Positions 38,281-50,379 of a stretch of DNA of 64,000 bases are shown one piece after another; position 1 is the stretch's first letter, and each line of letters starts with the position of its first letter. Under the pieces are notes generated by a model. The model was given only the letters and a program-made list of their open reading frames with translations, made no database searches and was not told where the DNA came from. The position numbers and the translations under genes are program-made. Location: assembly GCA_003693705.1 (NCBI GenBank), contig RBZT01000667.1, positions 1-64,000 on the forward strand, read 5' to 3'. This stretch comes from Polymyxa betae A26-41 (lineage: Eukaryota; Protista; Endomyxa: Phytomyxea).

Positions 38281-39243
38281 ATGAGCATCAAACCATCGTA
38301 TAAAATCGTCAAGGACCTGGCTGTTGGCAATACGGTCGCTGCCATGCGAAGCCGCCAGCTAGCGATGGGTTCAGACCAGAAACGATGGATCATCATCACA
38401 TTTGATTTAAGCCACCCGCCCATGTTCCATCATTTGATTGGATTTATCGAGAAAATATCAGATTTGCAACATCCGCATATTTGCCCGATTCGCGAGATTG
38501 AAGCCGATGGCAATCAGCTTCGTGTGGTCTTCCCAGCTGCAGACAACACCCTGGCAGAACGTATGACTCCTGCCAAAGAAGAAACCGTTTTAAAATGGAT
38601 CTATCAGATCGCCAGCGCTTTCCGATTCGTCATGCAAGAAGCGAAACCGGTTTTCGACTATCTGGGTCCATTGGATTCAGCTTGCTGTGTGATCTGCGAC
38701 GATAACATTTGTGTGAATGTCCTCGAGCTGTGGTTAAGGAGCGGTATCGACCCAACACAGACTGTGGACTTGACGACGGCCGTCAGCTGGGCACCAGAAT
38801 ACCTTCAGGAAGGTGCCGAAGTGGGATCAACTGGGGCCGTCGATGAGAAGGGCCAGATCTGGGCGCTCGGTATCGTCGCCTATGAGGCCGCTATGATGTC
38901 GTCGCCGTTTGTATCCGAGGCGCCATTGATTCTGATGGAGAAAATCATGCAAGAAAATCCAGTGATTTCTGGAGAATTCTCGGAATCATTCCGGGACCTG
39001 TTGTCAAAGCGACTGCTGGCAAAGCGCCCCTTCGATCGTATCTCTGTTTACGAATTGCTGAAAGACAAATTGTTTATGAAGATGTCCTGTTGTCAGTCTC
39101 TACTTCGAGTCAATTCAGTTCGAGCCATGGTTGCTGAACAGCGAGAATTCTCACAGCCTGAATTTGGGGAAGCTATTGAAGTATTCCAGCCATCAACGGG
39201 CCCGAATTCATCGGAATCACCATCTTCTTGCAGATTATTTTAA
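38281..39243 (+). CDS. Protein-kinase-fold protein, probable pseudokinase (NEK-like C-lobe)
   Basis: Retains LQHPHI, WAPE and IWALGIVAYE..SPF..LMEKI, but lacks GxGxxG, the VAIK Lys, HRD and DFG. Confidence 0.8.
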   Translation: MSIKPSYKIVKDLAVGNTVAAMRSRQLAMGSDQKRWIIITFDLSHPPMFHHLIGFIEKISDLQHPHICPIREIEADGNQLRVVFPAADNTLAERMTPAKEETVLKWIYQIASAFRFVMQEAKPVFDYLGPLDSACCVICDDNICVNVLELWLRSGIDPTQTVDLTTAVSWAPEYLQEGAEVGSTGAVDEKGQIWALGIVAYEAAMMSSPFVSEAPLILMEKIMQENPVISGEFSESFRDLLSKRLLAKRPFDRISVYELLKDKLFMKMSCCQSLLRVNSVRAMVAEQREFSQPEFGEAIEVFQPSTGPNSSESPSSCRLF

Positions 39244-39366
39244 AAGTAGATTCTATCAAATGATAAAGCGACATAATAGATGCTAAAAACAATATTTAGA
39301 AGATTTTAAATTGTAGAATCAACCGACGTGATAACATCCAAAGAGAAAGCAGCTCGCATAACGAAA

Positions 39367-40156
39367 ATGTCGCGAATAGACCATGGCGCTGTCCGAGAAA
39401 TCGGCAACGAAGCCGTCTGGACGCTGTCGTCGGCGAAGCCTGGCAATGGCGTCGACCAACTCAGAGACGGAACTGTCGACTCGTTCTGGCAGTACGTTGG
39501 CAGATTCGAACTGTTTGCAAAGTGCCCGAGTGATCGCGACCTTTAGATCGGATGGCCAACAACCACACTTGGTTAACATTCAGTTTTACAAAAAAATGAA
39601 AGTCAAGGTAATCCAGCTTCCAGGATCGGTGATATTTGGTAATTTTGTTGGTTTTGTAGGAAATTCAGCTTTATGTCGACGAGAAGCTAGATGAAAGCTA
39701 TACACCGGTTGCTTTTATTCGAACAAAATCTTGAAATGGTTTCACGAACGTTTTTGCTGTCAGGCTAAGATCTCGGTCCGATCCGGGACCAGCTTCCACG
39801 ATTTACGAGAAGTGTACATAATGGAGTTGGAGCATCCATCAGGTTGGGTTTCGATCCCATTAGGCGACCAATCGTATGCAGTCGAGATGTTTGAGGACCT
39901 GGCTGATAAATTCTCAGATGTGATGGGTTCCTGAGAACACATATGCTGCAAATTGCTGTGTTGGCGTCGTTACAAAGCGGTCGTGATACTCACATTCGTC
40001 AAATCAAGATATTCGGCGTCCGACCGTAAGCGATCTGAAATATCCATGACGGAAACTGATTAGAACATAATCTTTAGGCCGGAGACAACAGGGTTTGGGA
40101 CGCCCCTAACCACGTTCACAAGCCCAGAGTTCGAGCAGTTTGCCACGATTCGATAG
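39367..40156 (+). CDS. ANAPC10: Anaphase-promoting complex subunit 10 (DOC1), multi-exon
   Basis: [26 protein letters not shown]...FWQ|[29 protein letters not shown]. Confidence 0.96.
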
Positions 40157-40492
40157 CGATAGTCGGATCCATAATAAAGAACCCATTGCTTTTCCATCAC
40201 CTCGGTTCTGACGAATAGCTTCAACTTTGAATCAAGACCCAGCGCTGTCTCATCGAAACCAATGTTCTATCGATTCGTACAACATTCATATGTTGATTTT
40301 CCGAGGATCCATGTCTACGCTCACCGAATGAGAGTGAAAGTTATGAGATTGTTTGAAAGAGTGGAGAAGGAGCGCGGGCGCGCATTTCATACTGTCGCTG
40401 AAACGTAGTCGCTGTCATGAACTGTTCTGGGTGATAAACAGACAGGAAGAGAGACCCCCTCATTGAATGACAACATTGCCATAGACGTCATT

Positions 40493-42763
40493 ATGCAAAA
40501 CCATCGCCTTAATGCTGCTGTCGAGGCTCTCTATCAGGAGCTGAAATGCACCGTCTGCTTCTCCATGATGGTCGAGCCGCATTCCCTGCCCTGCCTCCAT
40601 ATCTTTTGCAAAGTGGATCGCTAGGATGGCGGCTTGGCTAAGGCTGACTTCTATGCAGGCTTGTATCGATCGCTGTTTGACGGTCCGGCCCAACTGTCCT
40701 TTGTGTAATGCGAGCTTCCATCGTCGGCAAGTGGATCCCTCAAGGGTGGTATCATCGGTTATTGATGTTTATAAAAAGGTAGTCCTGTTATGTCTGCAAC
40801 CATTCTTAACTTCCAAGTAGTTGTATAAAGCTCTAAGTGCTGTCGCTGACGTTCCTTGTTTATCTCAAGCTCTGACACAGCTACCTCCTCCGGGCAGCGC
40901 TTCGTTTAAATCAGAGGAGGTGCGATTTAACAAATCGATGCCTGACTTACCAAATGAAGATGTTGGTAAACTCATTACTCTGGCTTGCACGTTCTTAGTG
41001 TTTTGTAGAGCTCTGGCCGCTCCACAACGTCACCTTTTGAACAGTCATCGATTGAGCAGTACTTCCCTAAAGCGGATCAAACCCCAAACAAGAATCAAGT
41101 TAATCCTCAGATTGAGGGCGATACTCAACATAGAGTGAATTCAGTAGAATTTCGAACAGTAATTACTCCAGCTCGTACGAAGCCGCAAATTGCTTCTCGA
41201 GCTTCAGCTGATAATGCTTATACTGAACCATGGTACATAGCCTCTTTCCTAAGTGGCTTTTTTGATATTGTTTATCTAGGTCACCTTTTCAGAGCTCTGC
41301 ATTAGAGGCCAACGTCGCAAGGTGTAGCATCTGCTATGAGCCTAAAACTGACCTCAGGCCACTTCTGTCTTGTTCGAAATGTTCGGTTTCAGTTCATCGT
41401 GAATGCTATGGGATTTCTCCAGATCTCGCTGAAGATGAAAGATGGTCATGTATTCCATGCGAGTTCGGTGTTGACTCTACGCCCACCTGCGTCTTGTGCC
41501 CGAACACCGAAGATCGGGCATTTCGATCGTGTTCTGGAAGTTCAAACCAATGGGTTCATGTTTCTTGCGCCCTTTGGGCTCCACAACCAAAGTTCTCAGA
41601 TACATCGTTTGGCAATGGCGGTACTGTAGAAAACGTTGGCAATGTGCCAATGGTATCCAAAAGACTGGTACGGATAATTGTTTAGGAGTATTTACGCTAT
41701 CCTAAGCTCGGCTAGCGTTGTTCGGTTTGTCGGAATCGCGGATTCTGCCTTCAATGCGAATATGGTCGCTGTACAACTGCATTTCACGTCCCGTGTGCAG
41801 CACGTTCAAAAGTTAAATTGGAACTTCGCGAACTTGATGAAAAAGTGTATTTTCATCAGTTCTGTCCAGCTCATGCACACCTGTCCAAAACGGTCCCAAC
41901 TGATAATACAGCTGGGTCTACGTTCTCGCGGCGAACTGAACGTCGAAAATCAGTTTCACCGTCCCCGGCACCAAAGCGTAGACTCTCTATGTCAGGTGCT
42001 CGTTCCAGGTCAAGGCATCAAGGTCAATTCGTGTTACTACTAACAGGTATAATTCGTCAATGATTTGTTAGTTCTGATTTGGTTCAGGGATAAAGCTTGA
42101 TGATCACATTAGCAGGCTGGTAGCGAATTCGAAGGATGTAGATGTGACATTGAATCTCTCTGATTCTGTTACGCACGTGATTACAAAATGTTTTACTACT
42201 GGAGCACAAGCTGGAAAGGCCAAAGCCAGGACGGTTAAATACATGTTTGGAGTCGCCAGAGGGATCTGGTGTGTCTCACAGATATGGATCCAGGATTGGA
42301 TCAAGTTCGGCTATGCACCAGATGAGCTTAAATATGAGGTTCTGGGAGACTATGCTGCTATCGGAGCACCTCGGCGTTCCAGAGTTAATAGGCAACAAGG
42401 AAGGGCGCCGCTTCTCAATGGTGTCGCGTTTATTATTACTGTAGGCCATTGCAACTGTCATCTTTTTTATCCACCAGTGACCAAGAGTGTTAGGGTCCAT
42501 TTGCGAAGCATCTTGGTTTAGATATAGAATTAGCCGAGATTATCAGAGCTGCTGGAGGCCTAGTCTCCCATGAGATACCTGATAACCCGCCATGTAAGCC
42601 CACAGTCTTGATCAAAGAGGCAGTTGATCCCGAGGAAGATGAAGCTGAGAAAAGGGAAGATGCATCGATCCGCCAGCAATGTTTGTCGATTGGTATTCCT
42701 GCTTACGATGTTCAGTGGTTATTTGGATTATTAAGTTACTACACATCTCCTATCATAAGTTAA
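40493..42763 (+). CDS. BRCA1/BARD1-like protein: RING, PZP (PHD-Zn knuckle-PHD), tandem BRCT
   Basis: ELKCTVC..PHSLPCLHIFCK..CPLC RING; PHD CSIC...VHRECYG..WSCIPC; CVLCP..WVHVSCA..FHVPCA..FCPAH; BRCT VTHVI..ARTVKYMFGVARGIW..W and GAPRRSR. Confidence 0.88.
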
Positions 42764-42822
42764 TGATTAATTAAACTATCATAATTATTCGAAAACATCT
42801 GCACGACAGAATTAAATTCTGC

Positions 42823-42978
42823 CTTTTCAAATGCATTTTGTGGAANNNNNNNNNNNNNNNNNNNNNNNNNNNNNNNNNNNNNNNNNNNNNNNNNNNNNNN
42901 NNNNNNNNNNNNNNNNNNNNNNNNNNNNNNNNNNNNNNNNNNNNNNNNNNNNNNNTTCCACAAAATGCATTTGAAAAG
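42823..42978. repeat. 23-bp perfect inverted repeat flanking a 110-N assembly gap
   Basis: CTTTTCAAATGCATTTTGTGGAA (42823-42845), Ns at 42846-42955, TTCCACAAAATGCATTTGAAAAG (42956-42978). Confidence 0.95.
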
Positions 42979-42999
42979 CGACAGTTCTTGATCAAATTG

Positions 43000-45130
43000 A
43001 TGCGGTAGCATCTCCAATTCATGGCCGAATTTGACCTATTGTCTACTTTGCATGCTCGATAAAACTATTAAGCACATAAGGCGAATCAGACGAGTTATGC
43101 CAAAAAGAGCTTTTTATTGAATTGAATGAGACGAATCCCATAGAAAGAAAGTGGCCAATTCGTTACGAACCGAATACGGGAACGGTTCACAAATCTGAAC
43201 ACAGTATCAATACACCAGCCAGATAATATATAAAGGAATTTTTCAAAGGATGGATAATCAGATTTAAAAAGCTCGTTTTTGTTAGTCAGCAACGAAAATT
43301 AGGTATTGGACTTGCTTTTTCATCATGAAAAAAAAATTCGAAAGTAACGACTTACCAAACTTTCAACTTTGATGTTAATGATGCTAGATTTTATCCGCCG
43401 TTTCAACCAGGCACACCAGTAACAGATCACCTAAAGGGAAAACGTCAGAAAATGCACAAGCTTCGAGAAAGAAACCCGCAAAGGGAAAAATCAGAAGGAA
43501 GGCAACATTTGTTTGATCAACACATTGGAATAAATTTAGACTTAGACACATTAAAATGATTCATCACATGGAAGCCAACATGAAAACGTTCCAGTTCATA
43601 CCATGATGGAGAGGACCACCAAGCGAAAATGTTGATGCAACAGAAAAGACCCTAGATTAAAATTTCAATTGAAAAGTCTTATACAGAAAAAGCAAAACTC
43701 AGATGTGGAAACTCAGAGATCTTGGTGGAATCGTGTCATCAAATAGATTCAAGAGTAGCAAATATATAGAATACATCATCAAAATATCGGAAAAGGAAAG
43801 TCATAACATACCGACAGAATATCTAGCCAGATCTCAGAATACGTACATCTCGCTGTTAGCGAATCTAAGAGCCAATAAGTGAAACTGAAAAAGGGACAAT
43901 AAATCCAAAATGATCAAGAAAAGACTCAGAAACGAGGAATTCACGTCTGTCCACATTCATATCTCTCGGAACAGGTCTGTGTCTAGGAACTCATCACCGC
44001 CAACAACCAAAAACAATAAAAACACTGACAACGCACCTTCATTGGTTGATCAATGAAATTCGAGTGGCACTTCGCAGACACCAGGGTGCCAGAACTCTAA
44101 GACAAACTGTTACTGGACCAGCATCACGATGTCATGATTGCAAAATAAAACTTGAAATCAGAGTATAAAACATCGACAGAATATCGGGTTTGTAAGATCC
44201 GATTCCGACCGCCCGTCTAAGACGAGAATCATCCCGATAAAAAGAGAAACGTGATTCCCAGTACCTATAAACACCACATTAGTCGATTGCAACCAAAAAT
44301 AGGTGCATTGAAATTAAGAAAAAGAATCAGAAAGTTTTGGTATATGGTTTGTCTCCAAAATGATTGCAGAAGCAGAACTGAATTGACATCATGTAAATCA
44401 GAAAGCGGAATATGAAAGCACTACCTTGAAAGAGAGCGTGTGGACCGACAAGAGTATTAATATCGTATGCCATAATAAATGCCTAGAGTGACGTCAGAAA
44501 GAATAACCACATGCGAATGCTGGAAAATGAAAGAAAATGTTCAATCATAGCGCAATGGTTCCTGCTGGCTGCAGGCATTGCAACTCCAAATGTTCATGTA
44601 TCGAAAATCACTTGGGGAAAGAATATAATCATATTGAAACTTAACAATTTTAAACAAGTTTACCTTTACATGGATTGAAATTGGCGGGAATGTGCCGGAA
44701 TAGTAGAGATTTCCATGGTTAGATTGCAGCGATTAGGAAGTCAGAAGACAGACTATCTGTAATGATGTTAACATATGGCATGATCATACAGCGTAACAGT
44801 GAAACAAGTTCAATCATAGCGCAATAGATCCTGCTGGCTGCAGGTATTGCTGTTCCAAATGTTCATGTATCGAAAATCACTTGGGGAAAGAAATGTAATC
44901 ATATTGAGTAAATGTAACAAACAAAGAGAAGAGTACCTGATAGATATAGATTCCATCGACACATTCATGGCGTCAATAACGACAGTATGAACAAACATGT
45001 GTCGAATGAACGACCAGATTGGAGAATGAAGAAGAAGCCATTTGGTAGCCCTGGATATGGAGCAGATCCCCAAAGGTCCGTCACGGACTCCGCTGATGAG
45101 GACCTTAGAGCAATGCGCATATAGCTGATT
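43000..45130 (+). pseudogene. A-rich decayed coding-like region with tandem Cys-rich unit
   Basis: Protein-like plus-strand stretches broken by frequent stops, lower GC than the neighbours, and an internal imperfect direct repeat. Confidence 0.4.
44539..44907 (+). repeat. Imperfect direct repeat of about 100 bp, spacing about 270 bp
   Basis: 44539-44637 and 44808-44907 share TTCAATCATAGCGCAAT..TCCTGCTGGCTGCAGG..TCCAAATGTTCATGTATCGAAAATCACTTGGGGAAAGAA..TAATCATATTGA. Confidence 0.93.
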
Positions 45131-45165
45131 CGCAACCAATAAATCAAAAACGTTGAATTTTTTTT

Positions 45166-46341
45166 TTATTTGTGAATTTTTAAGGTGTCTTTAGGATCGC
45201 GAGCATAGTCAGCTTTGTGACGATTGAACAGATTCTCTAACTCATTGACATAAATATCAAAATATTTATCAACTTCCGCTGCAGTTGGATTCGGAATCTT
45301 TGGAAACTGAATCGGCTTTCCTACAACCGACACCAAATCGACATTCCAATCTGGGAGAACCAGGTATTTGGACCAGAACAGAACTGTCATATAAAATTAT
45401 ACACCCTTATGTTTAACTGCAATTTTGCTTTTACCTGCAGGCAATCTCCATTTGTTTAGCCATAAACGGAAATCAAGCAATCCTTCGAATGACTTATATG
45501 TAAGTTCCTCTCCAAACGTATACACTGGGCTAACTTGATATCCATAACGGAGAGCGTAAACAATAAACCCCTTGCGGTTTTTCAAATATACCTAATAAAT
45601 CCTAAGTTATGTTTCCGGTGCAATTCATAATTCCTACTTGGTGCTGTCCATATCGGTAGACAGTGGCTTCTTCAAACCCGCCAGGGATCAATGCGACGTT
45701 CTCTCCGTTTCTCATCAGTTTTTGAGTGTGATGTTTGCTAACTTCACCGCCTCTCTGCCATTTGACAAGCTCTGACAGTACTATGACAAGTTAGAGCATT
45801 CATGACGAATATGCGATTGTGCTCAAACCTGGCAGGTTATTCATCCACCAAGCTCCCAACCAGTTATATGGACCACGTTGCTCTAAATCCCAACTGACAT
45901 TACCATTAACAGTCCATCCAATACATAGCAACCCGTGTGGATGCCATGACAGAAGATGATTGGTCATCTGATCGCATTCGTTGTCCTCAAAAACCAGTTT
46001 CTCAGTTCGAAAATATTGGTATTTCTTTGCAAGCTGTAACGATTTTAAATGTCACGTCGCCAGCTAATAGCATTGAGGCATACTTTCATACTGGTTTTTC
46101 GAAATCTTTCCCAAGGCTTTCTTGGGAAGAAATGACGATAAATTCTATATAAAAGCATGGCTATGTGGAGACGATAATCGCCCCAGAGAACGATACTGAG
46201 GACAAGCCAAGCAGGCAACGACGCGACGCAAAGCCAGATGAGGATAAAGCCGCCGAGATGCAGCACGCTGATCACTTTCGGCGTCATGACCCACGACCAG
46301 ACCATTTGTAAAATCGATGAATCCGATCCAAGGAGGGCCAT
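45166..46341 (-). CDS. DGAT2: DGAT2/MOGAT family acyltransferase, multi-exon
   Basis: WHPHG motif (about 45932-45946), ALIPGGFEEA, KNRKGFIVYALRYG..PVYTFGE, VVGKPI. Confidence 0.9.
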
Positions 46342-46604
46342 GGTGCGATCAGAACTGATCGGATAGCAGAGTAAAGGGTTCCTGTAAAGGAATGTCACAA
46401 GTAAGTCCACTCAACTTGATTAGGGTTTATCTGACTGTGTTCTAAGGGCGACACGATTCACGCGTTGTTCTCACAGACATAGGCCACGCATGGCTAGACA
46501 AACGACTGTATCAATGTGCAAGATAGAAGGCCCAACGATGTTCGAGCATTCGTCAATGTCCATGCTGGACACTATTTCTGTCTCGACGGGAAGTCTCTTT
46601 CCGG

Positions 46605-47850
46605 TTAAGAAGAAACGTTGTGATTTTCAGAGATCGTGACTAAAGGTTGCTCTGTTTGTTCTGACTTCTGAGAACAGCAGCCTTGCCTGTGTTGCCTAAT
46701 AGGGATAAATAAATAATAATTAATGTTTTTTATTGTTGTTGTAATGTGCTTGCAAGTGCTAGTCATCGCTTCATTCGTGCTCGTTCTTTCAGCAGCTGCC
46801 ATTGCGTCTGGTACTTCTCGATCATTTTGCGCTGCTCCTCTATTGTGATCTTCTGCGAATCAATGAGAGATAGAGCGTCGTCTAATGCTGCTTTACACTG
46901 AAAAGGCCAGCTTATCGATAGATCCTAAATAAACATCCGACTAACCTTAGTGAGATTCGCTTCCGAGGCTAGTAACTTCTCTTGAGCACTGTGATAATCT
47001 GCTCTCGTAATGCTGTCAGCTGCTATTATATTACTTCTTTTCGCTTTGATAATCTGATATTGGCTCAACTCTCAGACACTTGCGACACTACTTTGATACA
47101 AAACTTACTTCGCATTCAAATAGCTCCCGAAATTGATCCACTCGTTTTAGACAATCAGATCTTTGGCCTTGTGAAAGAGCAGATGATTCTGTTTCCGATC
47201 TCCCAGCTAAAGGATCGGCAGGCCCACCGTCTAAAATCTACTTTGATATTAAGGCACCATAATGAAGTAAACGAGCCTGTTACCTTATGCATGATTCGAG
47301 TGAAATCCTCCACATATCTTGTAAGAAGATCGAGCAGGTTCTGGTTGGTCATAGTCATTGGTCTAAATGTCTGTCGGCACTGCATAAAGACCTTAATGAG
47401 AGAGCATTTGACCTAACATCTCTGTACCTGGCTTCTATAAAGCAGACCTTTCTCAATATACGATTGAACGTAATCAGCGTTTCGTTGAACAGCAGCAATC
47501 AAAAGCTGTAAGATTTCTATGCACTAAATCCAATAAGGTTTATGCATAAAATTCTCCAACCATACTGACCTTTGGATGTTGTTTGGTCTTACAAGCTTGG
47601 CGATATTTGGCGACAGCTCGCGTGTATTTGTCCAGCGCCTGACGATAATGTCCTTTACGTTCAGCTTCCTGGGCCTGTCGATTCAGCCTGCTAGCCTTAG
47701 ATATCGATCAGCTATGACAGGTGACGCCGAGCCAGCAGAACTACCTCCCAGAGCAGGTTCGGAGGGTCCAAGTCCATGTGATCATATGAGCCTAATGTTA
47801 ACCAGATCTCTTGCGTATTACCTCTTATTACCGCTCATTCGCCGAGATGC
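46605..47850 (-). CDS. Hypothetical multi-exon protein
   Basis: Minus-strand segments can be joined by short introns (e.g. QSYIEK|VKCSLIKVFMQCRQTF...IMHK|ILDGGPAD). No domain recognised; ends uncertain. Confidence 0.35.
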
Positions 47851-48240
47851 CTTAATTCTCTTGGGGGAAAACCCTATTTCAAATCTGACAGCATTCTATC
47901 ACGTGCACATGCGATTTACGAAACTTTATAGCGGCTTCGGTATAAAATTTGAAATAAGACAATCCATTTGAATAAAAATTGTTGACGGCATCGCAGCAGC
48001 AGAACGCGTCTCTCTCCCTAAAGCAATTCCACATATCTAATTGAAGCTGGACATTGTGCATTGTAAATGAGAGCCCTTTGAAAAGAAGCATTTGCAATAG
48101 AACTGAGGATTCCGGTCCTGTAATGTTACCTTCTTACATATGCCGTTGATCTGATTATTGTCTTGAAAGTATGTAGAATGTAAAGTTTCCCTTTTGTACT
48201 GCGCATGGGCATTCCTGATTAATGAGGTCGGAGGGCGGCC

Positions 48241-50345
48241 ATGTCCCTGGCTGACGATGTCCTCCAGGCCATTCATCAGGGGCGTGCCGATGACCGCCTC
48301 GCCGCCCAGCTCACCGGCACCCTGCTCGACTCGTTCGCCGACCAGATCGACTACCAGCAGGCGTCGCCGGCCTCGCTCGCTGCCTTATTCTTTTATCTGC
48401 ATCGATCCCTCATGGCATTCGGCCATAGGACGCTTCAGGCCTGGAACCCGGTGTGTATCTGGGTCCTTGATAATCGCCACGATGTCGTCCCTGCCGCTTT
48501 CGATTATGCCACGAATCTTGTCTTACGAGATGGCGAATTCCTCAATCGTTTGATGATGCATTTCTTCTCGAATCCCGTTGCCGAGTCCATATTCCAGCTG
48601 TTGAAGCATCAATGCAGCGCCGCCCCAAACCGATTCCTTGAGCAGATTCGACCGTTTCTCGTCAGTCCATTTACGTTGGTTGATTCTTGCTGGATTCCAA
48701 CATGTTGCTTTATAGAGTTCGTCAACAAAACGAGAGGCGCTTCAGTTGATGTTTCTAATGGTTCAAAACAAGGTTGAAATCGTCTCGATATTCTGGCTTT
48801 TTGTTGCTCATTGTTTCTCTACAGCTGGTCGGTTACTGTCATATGCAAGGGACGTCGCTGTTCTCAGAGATTATAAGAAGCATTGTCTCTGCTCATGATA
48901 TGCAAGTTGCAGCTCAGGGCTGTCTCATGTTGACAATTCTCTTGTCGTCGGAGACAGTCTTAAGCCCCGGTGATGTCACTGCTCTCTTTCCGTTTATAAA
49001 GTCGTTGCTGATCTGGCAGGAACCGAACGGAATGACATTGCCGAATCAATCACGAAGCAATTCCGTGCCTGCTCAATCATCGTCGTCCCGCGTTTCCAAG
49101 CGTCCTGAGCGACTCTCAGTTAATGCGACCTCAGATGGTCCATCGACAGTTCTTACGGCTGATGCTGCTTATGCTGTCTCAGTTTTGTTTCGACACGTTT
49201 ACGATTTATGGCCCTGGGAATCAATTTGTTTTCTTCGCAAAGAATCATCGAAATCGGCGCTATTTCGGAATGCTTGTTTCTTTCTCGTCGAAGACTTACC
49301 TGTTCTGCCTGCTATCATTGGCGTTAGTACTCAAAGGCCACCGGATTCTCCATGTCCTTCGCCGTTGATTTCCAGCTTTTCAGCAAATCTGTTTTCTCTG
49401 TCTTCTCCTCCAGTTGCACCTCGTTCTGTGGATGGTCCGAAAAGTTTTGCTGACGATTCGTTATGGGAATGCAAACAAGGCGGAATGACGCTTCCTTCAG
49501 ATCATAAGTCTCTAAAAACAGCTGCTCAATTATTACAAAACGAACTAATTTATGAGCGGTTTCAGCGGCGTACTCTCCAACACAAGCTGAACTCGTTACA
49601 ATTTCGACCTCGCTCAGATTCCTCTCAGAACAAATTTGATAAGGAACGCGCCCACTTTCTGGGATTGATCCAGCACGGCCGAGATGAATTACGGCAATGG
49701 AAACAGCAGCAACGCAAATGGGAGACAGATGTTCTGCGTCGGGTTGATAAACTGAAAACAGAACGATCGGCCGTCACTGAGCGTTGCTTGTTAATCGAAA
49801 GATCGAATGGACAGCTGCAGAGCCAAGTTACTTCACTGCAGTCAGAACTTACGACCCTCCGACTTCAAATATCAAAAGCCAGAGAAGATGTTCTCGTTGC
49901 CGAACATAACCTTTCTGTGCAGGCGAAAATACTGCAATCCACGCAGTCTAAAGTATCATCGCTGAACGATGAACTATCGAAGAGACGGACACTGTCCTCC
50001 GATACACCTTCTATTGGAGAAAGAGTGAACAAAGACAACAGCTCTCAAATAGAGGAGCACCTCGCACAGGCTTTAAAACGAGAAGGACAGGCTAGTTTTG
50101 AAATCCAGCAGCTGAAAAAAGAAGTTGAAGAATTGAAACATGCAAACCAGCAACATGAAGGCGCTCGATCTGAACGACAGAATATGTTCAATATGCAGCG
50201 GGAGTTTACAAAAATCCAGCTGCAAAAGTTGGGCGAAAGATGTGAATCACTGAAGAAGATTAACCGTCTATTGCAGACTCGGCTCATTTGCACAGGAAAA
50301 TTATCTATGGATTGCAATCAACAAGAAAATAAACAGCCAATATAA
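48241..50345 (+). CDS. TSC1: Hamartin (TSC1)-like protein, probably one intron near 48730-48770
   Basis: VSVLFRHVYDLWPWESICFLR resembles hamartin LFHRLYGMYPCNFVSFLR; QLLQNELIYERFQR resembles LLHNQLLYERFKR; a long C-terminal coiled coil follows. Confidence 0.8.
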
Positions 50346-50379
50346 TATTTATTACAATAACGGCGATCTGAACTGATAC

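Noticed and set aside
19403-42763. Apparent DNA-repair/cell-cycle cluster (PRKDC, ANAPC10, BRCA1-like)
   Set aside because: The genes are interleaved with unrelated metabolic genes in a very compact genome; there is no evidence of co-regulation.
44060-44160. Minus-strand CNHDI or FWHPG as Helitron or Gypsy integrase motifs
   Set aside because: These are isolated short matches in broken frames with no supporting neighbouring motifs.
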